This document shows, piece after piece, positions 29,484-39,335 of a stretch of DNA of 64,000 nucleotides; the stretch's first letter is position 1; the number at the start of each line of letters is the position of its first letter. The notes beneath the pieces are model-generated. The model saw only the letters and a list, made by a program, of their open reading frames with translations, ran no database searches and was not told the origin of the DNA. A program made the translations under genes and the position numbers. The DNA comes from Candidatus Eiseniibacteriota bacterium (GTDB lineage: Bacteria; Eisenbacteria; RBG-16-71-46; CAZAMP01): NCBI GenBank assembly GCA_965224245.1, contig OZ245046.1, positions 5,216,001 to 5,280,000 of the forward strand, read 5' to 3'.

Positions 29484-30380
29484 TCATCCCCAGGTCGGGC
29501 GCGCCGCGAGCTGCGCGCGCACGATGGCCAGCGCGTCGCGTCGCTCGGCGCCGTCCAGGGGGAGCCGTGGCGGGCGGACGTGCTCGGGATAGCCGTCCAC
29601 CTCGTGCGCCACCAGCTTGATGAGCTGGACGAACTTCGGAACGGTGTCGAGCCGCAGGAGCGGCAGAAACCACTCGTACAGCGTGCGGACCTCGTCGGTG
29701 CGTCCGGCGCGGGCGAGCTCGAACAGACGAACCGATTCCTCGGGCAGCGCGTTCACGAGTCCGGCGATCCAGCCGACGGCGCCGGCTGCGACGCCCTCGA
29801 CGATCACGTCGTCCACGCCCACGAAGAGCGCCAGTCGATCCCCGACGTGTTCGCGAATCGCGGTGAGTCGCCGCACGTCGGTGCTCGACTCCTTCACCGC
29901 ATCGAGGTTGTCGTGCGCCTCGGCCAGCTCCTTTATCTGGTGGGGGAGAATGTCGGTCCCGTAGGCGATCGGGTTGTTGTAGAGCATGCACGAGAGCGAC
30001 GTCGCCGCGATCACGGCGCCCAGATGGGCTCGTGTCTCGCGCCAGTCGCCGCGATAGACGTACGGCGGCAGCACCATCAGCCCGCGGCATCCGACGCGCT
30101 CGGCGTCGCGTGCCAGGTCGACCGCCTCCGCGGTGGACATGCCCGAGACGCCGGCCACGATCGGGCACCGCCCGCGCGTGCGCTCGCAGAGACGCGACAG
30201 CACGGCGATCTTTTCGTCGTGCGTCAGCGTGGCCGCCTCCCCGAGCGAGCCCAGCGGAACCACGCCCCGCGAGCCGGCCGCGACGAGCCGCTCGACGTGG
30301 GCGTCGAACGCATCGAAATCGAGGCCGCCGTCGGCGTGAAACGGCGTCGTGACCGCCGGAAACACCCCTTCCCACTGCAT
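29484..30380 (-). CDS. lhpC: DHDPS family, delta1-pyrroline-4-hydroxy-2-carboxylate deaminase
   Basis: WEGVFPAVTT, GSLGE, YNNP, KESS, GVDD, FVQLIK, plus operon context. Confidence 0.85.
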   Translation of the reverse strand: MQWEGVFPAVTTPFHADGGLDFDAFDAHVERLVAAGSRGVVPLGSLGEAATLTHDEKIAVLSRLCERTRGRCPIVAGVSGMSTAEAVDLARDAERVGCRGLMVLPPYVYRGDWRETRAHLGAVIAATSLSCMLYNNPIAYGTDILPHQIKELAEAHDNLDAVKESSTDVRRLTAIREHVGDRLALFVGVDDVIVEGVAAGAVGWIAGLVNALPEESVRLFELARAGRTDEVRTLYEWFLPLLRLDTVPKFVQLIKLVAHEVDGYPEHVRPPRLPLDGAERRDALAIVRAQLAARPTWG

Positions 30381-30386
30381 GTTCGA

Positions 30387-32042
30387 TCACGTCCTTTCGA
30401 TCGAGGAGCCCGGATGATCTCGCTCGGCAATCAGCGTCGCCAGCGACGCGGGCGTCGACGGGGATCGCACGGCATCACGCGTCCACCCGAAGCGGTCGGA
30501 CAGGAACGTGCCGCAGACGCGTCCCTGGCAGGGACCCATTCCGACCCGACAATAGAGCTTCGCCTGCCGCGTCGTCCAATCGGGATCCAGCTCGCCCAGG
30601 CGCACGTCCTCGCAGCGGCACACGAGCTCGTCCACGCCCGCGAGCGCCAGCACCTCGTCACGGGGGGCGAAGGTACGCTCCAGCCGGTCCGCGAAGCGGC
30701 GGCCACGCGCCGCGAGTCGCCGGAGCGCCGACGCCTCGTTCGCCACGCGAGACGAGAGGGACCGACCGGCGTCGGCCGCCGCCGCGAGTCCGGCGAGCTG
30801 GCCCTCGACCAGCGCGGCGTCGACGCCGGCCACGCCGGTGGTCTCTCCGGCCACGAAGGCCCCGGCGACGTCGGTCCGTCCGTCGGCGTCGGCGACGACA
30901 CGTCCCCGGTCGATCCCGCATCCCACGAGGAGCGCCAGCTCGACGTTGGGCACGAGCCCGTATCCGACGAGCGCCAGGTCGACGGCCTCGCGGCGCTCCC
31001 GTCCCGCGAAGCGGATGCTCACCTCCTCGAGACGGTCGTCCCCGTGGGCGGCGCGCACCCACGAGTCACCGATCAGCTTCGCCCGTCCCATCGAGGCGAG
31101 GTAGCCGGCGGCTTGCGCGAGCTTCCACGGCTCGGGCAGCAGCGAGAGCGCGAAGCGGCGCAGCGCTCCGCGGGACACCTGCTCGACGACGACTCTCAGA
31201 TCGGCGCCCCGTCGCGCCAGCATCGCGGCCACCGGGAGCAGCAGGGGGCCGGTGCCGCCGACCACGACGCGCTTCCCGGCCACGTCGAGTCCCGCCTTCA
31301 TCAACGCCTGTCCGGCGCCGACGCCCATGACCCCGGGCAGCGTCCACCCGGGAAACGGCACGAAGCGCTCGCGCGCTCCGGTCGCGAGCACGAGCGCGTC
31401 TGCGTGCAGGACGAGAGCGCCGTCGGCCGTCTCGGCGGTCACGACGAATGCGGGATCCCCGGACGAAGCCGCTCCCCGGGATCGGGGAACGTGTGCGACG
31501 TCGACGACACGGGTCGAGGGAACCGTGCGAGCACCCGATCGGTCGAGCCGATCCAGCCAGGCCCGCGCGTCGGCCCAGCGGCGCCGTGTGACCGGAAGCT
31601 CGCGACGCTCGCGGTGGCGCCATATCTGTCCGCCGACTCCCGGGGACTCGTCGAGCAGCACGACGTCGAGACCGTGCTCGGCGGCGCGGGCCGCCGCGCC
31701 CACCCCGGCGGGGCCGGCGCCGATCACGACCACCGCGGTCGAGAGGTACGTGGCCTCGGGTGCCGGATCGTCGCCTCGCACCGCGGGCGCGGTCGTCTCG
31801 ATGCGAAGGCCGTCGCGACACGTCACGAGGCATGCACGTTGATGCGCCCGGCCGTCGATGGTGACGCGGCACTCGTGACACACGCCCATCGCGCAGAGCG
31901 GCCCGCGTCGTTGACCACGGACGCTCGTTCGCAGCCCGATGCGACCCGCGTTGATCAGCGCGGCGGCCACGCTGGCCGTGGGATCCGCCTCGATCTCGCG
32001 GCCGTCGACGTGCATCCGGACACGCTCGGGAGGACGGGTCAC
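30387..32042 (-). CDS. Fused 2Fe-2S and FAD oxidoreductase (HcnA+HcnB-like), probable D-hydroxyproline dehydrogenase subunits
   Basis: N-terminal CAMGVCHEC..RAC, GAGPAG, ATGARE..PFPGWTLPGV, C-terminal CRCE..GMGPCQGRVC. Confidence 0.85.
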   Translation of the reverse strand: MTRPPERVRMHVDGREIEADPTASVAAALINAGRIGLRTSVRGQRRGPLCAMGVCHECRVTIDGRAHQRACLVTCRDGLRIETTAPAVRGDDPAPEATYLSTAVVVIGAGPAGVGAAARAAEHGLDVVLLDESPGVGGQIWRHRERRELPVTRRRWADARAWLDRLDRSGARTVPSTRVVDVAHVPRSRGAASSGDPAFVVTAETADGALVLHADALVLATGARERFVPFPGWTLPGVMGVGAGQALMKAGLDVAGKRVVVGGTGPLLLPVAAMLARRGADLRVVVEQVSRGALRRFALSLLPEPWKLAQAAGYLASMGRAKLIGDSWVRAAHGDDRLEEVSIRFAGRERREAVDLALVGYGLVPNVELALLVGCGIDRGRVVADADGRTDVAGAFVAGETTGVAGVDAALVEGQLAGLAAAADAGRSLSSRVANEASALRRLAARGRRFADRLERTFAPRDEVLALAGVDELVCRCEDVRLGELDPDWTTRQAKLYCRVGMGPCQGRVCGTFLSDRFGWTRDAVRSPSTPASLATLIAERDHPGSSIERT

Positions 32043-33274
32043 GTGTCACCTCGCGCCCGGGGCTCGACTGCGCGCGAGCCGTCGTCGACCGGCGGCCCAT
32101 CGGACGGTGCTCGTCCGGGGGTCATGGGCCGGACGGGGTCGAACGGCGCGGCGTCGATCGCCGGGGTCGTGCCCGCGACGAGATCGGCGAGCAGTCGGCC
32201 GGTCGCGAGCGCCGTGGTGATCCCCAGCCCTTCGTGACCGGCGGCGACCCACACACCCGGGAGCGCCGGCCACGCCCCGATCAGCGGAAGATTGTCCGGG
32301 GTCGCCGGCCGGAACCCGACCCACGTACGGAGCACCGAGAGCCGGGCCAGATCGGGGATGAACTCGCACGCCCGCGCGAGCATGCGCGCACGCACGGCGG
32401 GATTGATCCGCGTGTCCAGCCCCACGAACTCCCGCGACGAGCCGATCAAGAGCTGCCCCGTACGCCGGGGCTGCGTGTTGAAGGCCACCGACGCGGCCTC
32501 CGATCCGTGCGCGCTGTCGAAGTACCCGAGCTCCATCACGTGGCGGCGCACGAAGCCGGGGTACCGATCGGTGATCACGAGATGCCCGCGTCGCGGTGTG
32601 ATCGGAAGCGTCGGCATCAGCTCGGCCGCGCCGATTCCAGCGGCGTTCACGATCAGCTCGCACCCGAGGGATCGGCCGTCCGCGACGACGTGGCGCTCGC
32701 CGATCGACGAGACGCGACCGGCCACCAGCGTCGCGCCGTCCTCGATCGCGCGTGCGAGCAACCACCTGACCACCGCCGGCGGGTACAGCACGCTGTCGCC
32801 CGGCACGCGGAACCCGCCCGCCAGACCGGGTCGCAGGCGCGGCTCGGCCATGGCCAGCGCCCGCGCGCCGAGGAGCTCGGCCTCGACGCCCGCGGCCTCG
32901 AGGCGAGCCACCTTCGCCTCGGCGATCGCCATCTCTCGCGCGGTCGAGGCCACCCAGAGCGTGCCACCGAAGTCGACCTCGCAGTCCTCGGGGAGCGAGG
33001 GGAGCACGTCGGCCCAGAGCTCGTTCGAGTAGCGAAGAAGTGCGAGCTCGACGTCGGTGTCGTCGAGAACGATCAGGTGGCCCTGCGATCGGGCGCTGAC
33101 GCCGCCCCCCGGCACGTCGCTCTCCAGGATACAGACCCGGCGTCCGTCGCGCAGGAGCTCCCGCGCGCAGGCGGCCCCGATGATGCCGGCCCCCACGACG
33201 ACGGCGTCCAGCGGTGGATCCAGCGACTCCACCGGTGTGCACGCGAGCCGATCGCGGGGCGGGCTCACCGTCAC
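32039..33274 (-). CDS. lhpB: DAO-family FAD oxidoreductase, probable D-hydroxyproline dehydrogenase catalytic subunit
   Basis: GAGIIG, PRRGHLVITDRY, ELGY, WVGFRPATPD, GHEGLGITT. GTGA overlap with the upstream stop. Confidence 0.85.
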   Translation of the reverse strand: MTVSPPRDRLACTPVESLDPPLDAVVVGAGIIGAACARELLRDGRRVCILESDVPGGGVSARSQGHLIVLDDTDVELALLRYSNELWADVLPSLPEDCEVDFGGTLWVASTAREMAIAEAKVARLEAAGVEAELLGARALAMAEPRLRPGLAGGFRVPGDSVLYPPAVVRWLLARAIEDGATLVAGRVSSIGERHVVADGRSLGCELIVNAAGIGAAELMPTLPITPRRGHLVITDRYPGFVRRHVMELGYFDSAHGSEAASVAFNTQPRRTGQLLIGSSREFVGLDTRINPAVRARMLARACEFIPDLARLSVLRTWVGFRPATPDNLPLIGAWPALPGVWVAAGHEGLGITTALATGRLLADLVAGTTPAIDAAPFDPVRPMTPGRAPSDGPPVDDGSRAVEPRARGDT

Positions 33275-34218
33275 CTCGCCGTGAACCCGAACCGGTGTCG
33301 ATCGGCCGGATCGAACAGGAGCGAGCTTCGAGCCACGACGAACGCACTGCCGCTGATGAACGGGACCAGCTCGCCGTCGATCTCCTCCAGCCAGCCGGTG
33401 AACCGGCCCTTCGTGATGCTCCGCTGCGTCCAGCGCTGACCGGGCTGAAGAAGTCCCCGGGCGTGGAGCACGGCGAGCTTCGCCGAGGTGCCGGTTCCAC
33501 ACGGCGATCGGTCGTACTCGCCCCCCGGACACAGGACGAAGTTGCACGCGTCGACGCCCGGCTCGTCGCCGTGCGCGGACAGCTCCACGTGATCGATCTC
33601 GGCCCCCCCGGCGCCGGTGATGCCCTCGCGCGCGAGTGCGGTCAGGATCGCCCGGGTGACGTCGAGAAGCTGATCGACGTTCCGCAGGGAGAGCTCTCCC
33701 GCGTAGTCGGTGATGAAGAACCAGTTCCCACCGTAGGCGACATCGCCGGTGACGGTGCCGATGCCCGGGACGTCGACGCTCACGTCCTGTCGGAACGCGT
33801 GAGCGGCCACGTTTCGAATCGTGACCTTGCCGTCGAGCGCGCAGCGCGCGGTGACGGTGCCCACCGGGGTGTCGATCCGGACGTCGCCGGAGACGACGCG
33901 ACCGAGGTGGATCAGCGTGGCCGCCACGCCGATCGTCCCGTGCCCGCACATCCCGAGGTACCCGACGTTGTTGAAGAACACCACGCCGCACTCGGCGCCC
34001 GGGGTGACGGGGTCGGTGAGCAGGGCGCCGACCATGGCGTCGTGCCCGCGCGGCTCGCAGGTGACGGCCTTTCGCAGATGGTCCTGGTGGCGCCGCATGT
34101 AGGCGAGTCGCGCCGCCATCGTGTCGCCCTCGGGCTGCGGCCAGCCTCCCACCACGACGCGCGTCGGCTCACCTTCGGTATGCGAGTCGATGACGCCGAT
34201 CGCCTCGGGAAACCGCAT
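33271..34218 (-). CDS. lhpA: 4-hydroxyproline 2-epimerase (proline racemase family, Cys/Cys)
   Basis: HTEGEPTR, MCGHGTIG, DVAYGGNWF, DHVEL, YDRSPCGTGTSA. Confidence 0.9.
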   Translation of the reverse strand: MRFPEAIGVIDSHTEGEPTRVVVGGWPQPEGDTMAARLAYMRRHQDHLRKAVTCEPRGHDAMVGALLTDPVTPGAECGVVFFNNVGYLGMCGHGTIGVAATLIHLGRVVSGDVRIDTPVGTVTARCALDGKVTIRNVAAHAFRQDVSVDVPGIGTVTGDVAYGGNWFFITDYAGELSLRNVDQLLDVTRAILTALAREGITGAGGAEIDHVELSAHGDEPGVDACNFVLCPGGEYDRSPCGTGTSAKLAVLHARGLLQPGQRWTQRSITKGRFTGWLEEIDGELVPFISGSAFVVARSSLLFDPADRHRFGFTAR

Positions 34219-34221
34219 CGC

Positions 34222-35664
34222 TCATGCACCCATCTGGACGGTCTTGATCTCGGTGTAGAAGTCCCGGGCCACGCGGCCCTGCTCACGCGTGCCGGAGCTG
34301 GACCCCTTCATGCCGCCGAACGGCGCGTGGGGGTCGACGCCCGTGGTGTCGCCGTTCACCCGCACGAGCCCGACCTCGATCTCGTCGACGTAGCGGAGGG
34401 CCGCACCGATGTCGCGGGTGAAGATCGAGGCGCTGAGTCCGTAGGGCGTGTCGTTGGCCACCGCGAACGCATCGTCGAGATCGTCCACGGGAAACGTGGC
34501 CAGAACCGGACCGAACAGCTCCTGCCGAGCGATCTCGGAGTCGTGGGGGACGTCGGCCACGACGGTCGGCGTCACGAACCACCCGTGGCGCAGCTCCCCG
34601 TCCTCGGCGACCGATCCACCGCAGGCGATCCGGCCCGAGGTGGCCGCTATCGCCCCGAGCACGCGATCGCGGGCGGTCTCGGTGATCAGCGGACCGACCA
34701 GCGCTTCCGTGTCGGTGACCGGTCCCAGCGTCATCGACCCGCACGCGGCGACGAGCTTCTCGATGAACGCGTCGTGGACCGACGCCGCGACCACGGCGCG
34801 ACTGGTGGCCGTGCACTTCTGGCCCCCGAACCGCATGGCCCCGGCCGTGGTCAGCGCCGCCGCCCGGTCGAGGTCGGCGTCCTCCAGCACGATCACGACG
34901 TTCTTGCCGCCCATCTCGGTCTGATACGGGATGTTCCGGCTCGAAGCGATCTCGGCCACCCGTGCGCCGGCACGCGTCGAGCCCGTGAAGCTGACCCCAC
35001 GCACGATCTCGTTTCCGACCAGCGCCTCTCCGGCCACGGGTCCCACGCCGTGGACGACGTTGAAGGCGCCCTCCGGAACGCCCGCAATCGACGCCGACTC
35101 CGCGAGCATCTGGGCCACGTGCGCGGAGTGCTCCGACGGCTTCAGCACCACGGTGTTGCCGAATGCCATGGCGGGGGCCGCCTTCCACAGCGGGATGGCG
35201 ATCGGAAAGTTCCAGGGGGTGATGAGCCCGACGACACCCAGCGGCTGCCGGACCGTGAACTGGAGCGTGTCCCGGAAGCCGGCCGGGATGACCTCCCCGA
35301 CCTCGCGCACCGCCTCCCCGGCGTAGTACCGCAGAATGACGACGGCCCGGGCGACCTCGCCCCGCGCCTCGACGATCGGCTTGCCGACCTCGCGGACGAT
35401 GGCGCGCACGAAGTCCTCGGCCCGGTTGTCGATGACGTCGCTCCACTTCTGCAGTGCGGCCGCGCGCTCGGCGCCCGTCCTGCGACGCCACCCCTCGAGT
35501 GCCTGTCGTGCCGATGCGCAGGCCGCGGACACGTCCTCGGGCGAGCCGACGGGAACCTCGGCCACGACGTCGTCGCGTCGAGACGGATTGATCGAGGGGA
35601 TCATGTCGTCCGAACGACTGTCGACGAAGCCGCCGGATACGTACTGGGAGAGTCGGGTTGTCAT
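34222..35664 (-). CDS. Aldehyde dehydrogenase, probable alpha-ketoglutarate semialdehyde dehydrogenase
   Basis: ITPWNFP, FTGST, EMGGKN, GQKCTA, ELFGP. First gene of the Hyp operon. Confidence 0.9.
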   Translation of the reverse strand: MTTRLSQYVSGGFVDSRSDDMIPSINPSRRDDVVAEVPVGSPEDVSAACASARQALEGWRRRTGAERAAALQKWSDVIDNRAEDFVRAIVREVGKPIVEARGEVARAVVILRYYAGEAVREVGEVIPAGFRDTLQFTVRQPLGVVGLITPWNFPIAIPLWKAAPAMAFGNTVVLKPSEHSAHVAQMLAESASIAGVPEGAFNVVHGVGPVAGEALVGNEIVRGVSFTGSTRAGARVAEIASSRNIPYQTEMGGKNVVIVLEDADLDRAAALTTAGAMRFGGQKCTATSRAVVAASVHDAFIEKLVAACGSMTLGPVTDTEALVGPLITETARDRVLGAIAATSGRIACGGSVAEDGELRHGWFVTPTVVADVPHDSEIARQELFGPVLATFPVDDLDDAFAVANDTPYGLSASIFTRDIGAALRYVDEIEVGLVRVNGDTTGVDPHAPFGGMKGSSSGTREQGRVARDFYTEIKTVQMGA

Positions 35665-35886
35665 CGTCGTTCCCTGCCGCGCCCCGGCGCGGTCGCGTTG
35701 AGGCGGGACATGACCCGCCGAGCTCGAGGTTCTTTGGAAGTCGACCAGTGTATCGCGTCCCGGTCCCGGGTCGCGACATCAAAGCCGGGGACGTGCGCGC
35801 GCCTTTGCTTGCCAAGCGCGTCTCGAACCCCCAGGCTTGGACGGATCTCACACGGTTCGGGACGACGTCGAAACGAGGATCCAATC

Positions 35887-36915
35887 ATGAGATACCGTCT
35901 TCTCGGCTCCAGCGGACTCCGTGTCTCGGAGCTCTGCCTTGGCACGATGACGTTCGGCGAAGACTGGGGCTGGGGTGCGTCGAAGGCCGAGAGCCGCGAG
36001 ATCTTCGACACGTTCGTGCAGGCCGGCGGCAACTTCATCGACACGGCCAATCTGTACACGAACGGCAGCAGCGAGGCGTTCCTCGGCGAGTTCATCCAGT
36101 CCGAGCGCGAGCGGATCGTGCTGGCGACGAAGTACTCGCTCACCACTCGCGCCGACGACCCGAACGGCGGCGGCAACAGCCGGAAGAACATGATCCAGTC
36201 GGTGGAGGCGAGCCTCGAACGACTCGACACGCCATACATCGATCTGTTCTGGCTGCACGCGTGGGACGGCATGACGCCGATCGAGGAGGTGATGCGGGGG
36301 CTCGACGATCTGGTCCGCGCGGGCAAGATCATGTACGTGGGGCTCTCCGACACGCCCGCCTGGGTCGTGTCACGGGCCCATCTGCTCGCGCAGCTACGCG
36401 GGTGGGCGCCGATCGTGGCGCTGCAGGCGCCGTACAGCCTGGTACGCCGCGACGTCGAGCGAGAGCTGCTGCCGATGGCGAAGGCGCTCGACATCGCCGT
36501 CACCCCGTGGGGCCTCCTGGCCGGCGGCGTTCTCAGCGGCAAGTACGATGACGACGACGCATCGCCGAAGCGGTACGAGAAGGCCGACGTGAAGCCGGCT
36601 CGCCTGGAGATGGCCCGCACGCTCGGGCGTGTCGCCTCCGAGGTCGGCTGCACGGCCGCGCAGCTCGCAATCGCGTGGGTGCTGCACCAGCAGCACCGGG
36701 CCGAGATCCTGCCGATCCTGGGGGCCCGCACGACCGAGCAGCTGGAGGGGCTCCTCGCGTGCCCCGACATCGATCTCACCGAGGATCAGATCGCGACCCT
36801 GGAGGCCGCCTCCGGATTCGAGCCGGGCTTCCCCACCGATTTCCTGAGCACCGACAACATCCGGGGCCTCTTGAACGGGGAGAACGCCGACAACGTGTTC
36901 AACCACCGTGAGTGA
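35887..36915 (+). CDS. Aldo/keto reductase
   Basis: LCLGTMTFG, FIDTANLY, LATKY, IDLFWLH, PILGART. Confidence 0.93.
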   Translation: MRYRLLGSSGLRVSELCLGTMTFGEDWGWGASKAESREIFDTFVQAGGNFIDTANLYTNGSSEAFLGEFIQSERERIVLATKYSLTTRADDPNGGGNSRKNMIQSVEASLERLDTPYIDLFWLHAWDGMTPIEEVMRGLDDLVRAGKIMYVGLSDTPAWVVSRAHLLAQLRGWAPIVALQAPYSLVRRDVERELLPMAKALDIAVTPWGLLAGGVLSGKYDDDDASPKRYEKADVKPARLEMARTLGRVASEVGCTAAQLAIAWVLHQQHRAEILPILGARTTEQLEGLLACPDIDLTEDQIATLEAASGFEPGFPTDFLSTDNIRGLLNGENADNVFNHRE

Positions 36916-38467
36916 CGCGAGCATCCCGCTCCTCGTCCGGGCCGATGCCCGGCGCGTCCGCGATCGTCTCGCGATGTCGTGCGCGAGCTCGGACTATCGG
37001 ACCGTCTCGTATACCGAGCTGTGTGAGAGATCGTCGCGTCTCGCGGTCGAGATTCTCGACGGCGTGTCCGATCTCGGCGAGGCTCCGGTGGCGTACGCGT
37101 GCCCGTCGCATCCCCGCACCGTGATCGCGCAGTGGGCAATCTGGCGCGCGGGCGGCATCGCCGTCCCGCTGGCGCCCTCGCATCCTCCGAGAGAGCTGGC
37201 GTACACGCTAGCCGACTCGGGGGCCCGGATCGTCCTCTGCGATCGCGCGCTACGGGATCGGCTCCCGCAGGCGGAGATCGACCCCACCGTCCGGCTGATC
37301 GACGTCGACGGGAGCCCTGCCGCGGGGTCAGCCGTCCCGTCTCCTCCGGGACTGCCCGACGTCGTCGAGTCCCGGGGCGCGCTTCTTCTGTACACCAGCG
37401 GCACGACCCATCACCCCAAGGGCGTCTTGATCACCCACGCGAACGTGGCCGCGCAGATCGCGTCGCTCGTGGACGCGTGGGGCTGGCGGGAGGACGATCA
37501 CATTCTGTCGTTCCTGCCCCTTCACCACGTGCACGGGCTGGTCAACGTCGTCAGCTGCGCGCTCTGGTCCGGCGCCCGCATCACGTTCATGCCCGCGTTC
37601 GATGCCGCGCGCGTATGGGAACACGTCGCGTCGTCCGAGCTGACGCTGTTCATGGCCGTTCCGACGATCTATCACCGGCTCGCGACGACGTGGGACGAGC
37701 TCCCGGCCGACGTGCGGGACGCGGCCCGACGCGGCTGCGAACGGATGCGTCTGATGGTATCCGGATCGGCGGCTCTCCCGGTGAGCCTCCTCGAGCGCTG
37801 GCGCCGGATCACCGGTCACGTGCTCCTCGAGCGCTACGGCATGACGGAGATCGGGATGGCGCTGTCGAATCCGCTGGAAGGGCCTCGCGTGCCCGGATAC
37901 GTCGGCCGTCCGCTCCCCGGGGTGTCGGTGCGTCTGGTCGACGATCGGGGTGACGACGTTCCCGACGACGAGCCGGGCGAGATTCGCGTGAAGGGGCCCA
38001 CGGTCTTCGAACGCTACTGGCGCCGACCCGACGCCACCGGTGACGCGTTCGACGGTGACTGGTTCCGGACCGGCGACGTCGCCGTGCGCGACGCCGTCGG
38101 CTATCGCATCCTCGGTCGTCGCGACGTCGACATCATCAAGACCGGCGGCTACAAGGTCTCGGCGCTCGAGATCGAGAGCGTGCTCCTGGAGCATCCGCGG
38201 GTGGGGGAGTGTGCCGTGGTCGGCATCCCCGACGCGGAGTGGGGTGAGGTCGTCGCGGCCGCGATCGTGGTGCGATCGCCCTCGACCGATACAGACGACG
38301 AGATCGTGGACGCCGACGCGCTTCGCGCCTGGGCGAAGACCCGGCTGGCCGCGTACAAGGTGCCGGCCAGGCTCGTGGTCGTCTCCGACCTGCCACGAAA
38401 CGCCCTCGGGAAGGTCCAGAAGCCGCGCCTCGCGTCGCAGATGCGCGGAACGGGCAGCGTGACCTGA
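36908..38467 (+). CDS. Acyl-CoA synthetase (malonyl-CoA synthetase/ACSF3-like)
   Basis: YTSGTT..PKG, LPLHHVHG, ERYGMTE, FRTGD, PRNALGKVQK. Confidence 0.9.
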   Translation: MSDASIPLLVRADARRVRDRLAMSCASSDYRTVSYTELCERSSRLAVEILDGVSDLGEAPVAYACPSHPRTVIAQWAIWRAGGIAVPLAPSHPPRELAYTLADSGARIVLCDRALRDRLPQAEIDPTVRLIDVDGSPAAGSAVPSPPGLPDVVESRGALLLYTSGTTHHPKGVLITHANVAAQIASLVDAWGWREDDHILSFLPLHHVHGLVNVVSCALWSGARITFMPAFDAARVWEHVASSELTLFMAVPTIYHRLATTWDELPADVRDAARRGCERMRLMVSGSAALPVSLLERWRRITGHVLLERYGMTEIGMALSNPLEGPRVPGYVGRPLPGVSVRLVDDRGDDVPDDEPGEIRVKGPTVFERYWRRPDATGDAFDGDWFRTGDVAVRDAVGYRILGRRDVDIIKTGGYKVSALEIESVLLEHPRVGECAVVGIPDAEWGEVVAAAIVVRSPSTDTDDEIVDADALRAWAKTRLAAYKVPARLVVVSDLPRNALGKVQKPRLASQMRGTGSVT

Positions 38468-38626
38468 TTCCCCGGAGACGTGCTTGGAGCCCCGAACCTT
38501 CCCATCGTATAGTGCCGAAAGACCCGTGCGAGACGCCCCGTGCGAGATGCCGCGGTGCGACGGCCGGCCCACGCCATCGTCGTCGATCCGCGCTCGCGCG
38601 CGACTTCCCCCGGTCGAGGTGTGCCC

Positions 38627-39310
38627 ATGTCACTCGAAGACCACCTCCCGTCGGACGAGCGAGACGGTCTCGAGCCGGGTGCCGAGCTCGACGCGGCGAG
38701 TGCAGAGGGCGACACCGGCGATCCCGCGGGGCTCGGAGACGAGCCGGCGGACGGGGCGACCGACGCCGGACACGGCTGGGTTCCTTCGGACCTGGTCGAT
38801 CGCGTGTACGAGGACCTGCGTGAGATCGCGGGTCGTTTCCTGAAGCGCGAACGGGTCGATCACACGCTCCAACCGACCGCGCTGGTGCATGAGGCGTATC
38901 TCCGACTCTCCCGCCAGGATCAAGCTCGGTGGCGATCCCCGAGCCAGTTCAAGGCCCTGTCGGCAAGCGAGATGTATCGCGTGCTCGTGGACTACGGGCG
39001 TGCGAAGAAGGCCGCCAAGCGGGGAGGCGATCGCGTCCGCATCCCCCTCTCGGACGACCTCTCACTCACTCGTCACGGCAACCTGGAGTTCGAAACGTTG
39101 AACCAAGCACTGGAGCGACTGCACGATCTCGATCAGGAATGCCACATCATCATCGTGCAGCACTACTTCGGTGGCATGACGTATCCCGAGATCGCGTCTC
39201 TGATCGGACGATCGGAGGGCTGGGTTCGAAAGCGTGCCACGTGGGCCCGCGCGTGGCTGAGGGATCAGATGGACGACAACCTGTGGGCCGAAGAGCGGGC
39301 CTCGACGTAG
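38627..39310 (+). CDS. ECF sigma factor, TIGR02999/ECF43-like
   Basis: VYEDLREIA, HTLQPTALVHEAYLRL, KRGG, YFGGMTYPEIA, ARAWL. Confidence 0.88.
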   Translation: MSLEDHLPSDERDGLEPGAELDAASAEGDTGDPAGLGDEPADGATDAGHGWVPSDLVDRVYEDLREIAGRFLKRERVDHTLQPTALVHEAYLRLSRQDQARWRSPSQFKALSASEMYRVLVDYGRAKKAAKRGGDRVRIPLSDDLSLTRHGNLEFETLNQALERLHDLDQECHIIIVQHYFGGMTYPEIASLIGRSEGWVRKRATWARAWLRDQMDDNLWAEERAST

Positions 39311-39335
39311 CCGCTGCGTCGATCAGATCGATCAA

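Noticed and set aside
30387-33274. Hydrogen cyanide synthase hcnABC
   Set aside because: The subunits are homologous, but the flanking epimerase, deaminase and ALDH point to D-hydroxyproline dehydrogenase.
33214-36915. 1233-aa giant ORF
   Set aside because: The first 891 codons are mostly the antisense shadow of Hyp genes plus intergenic sequence. The real gene is the aldo/keto reductase from 35887.
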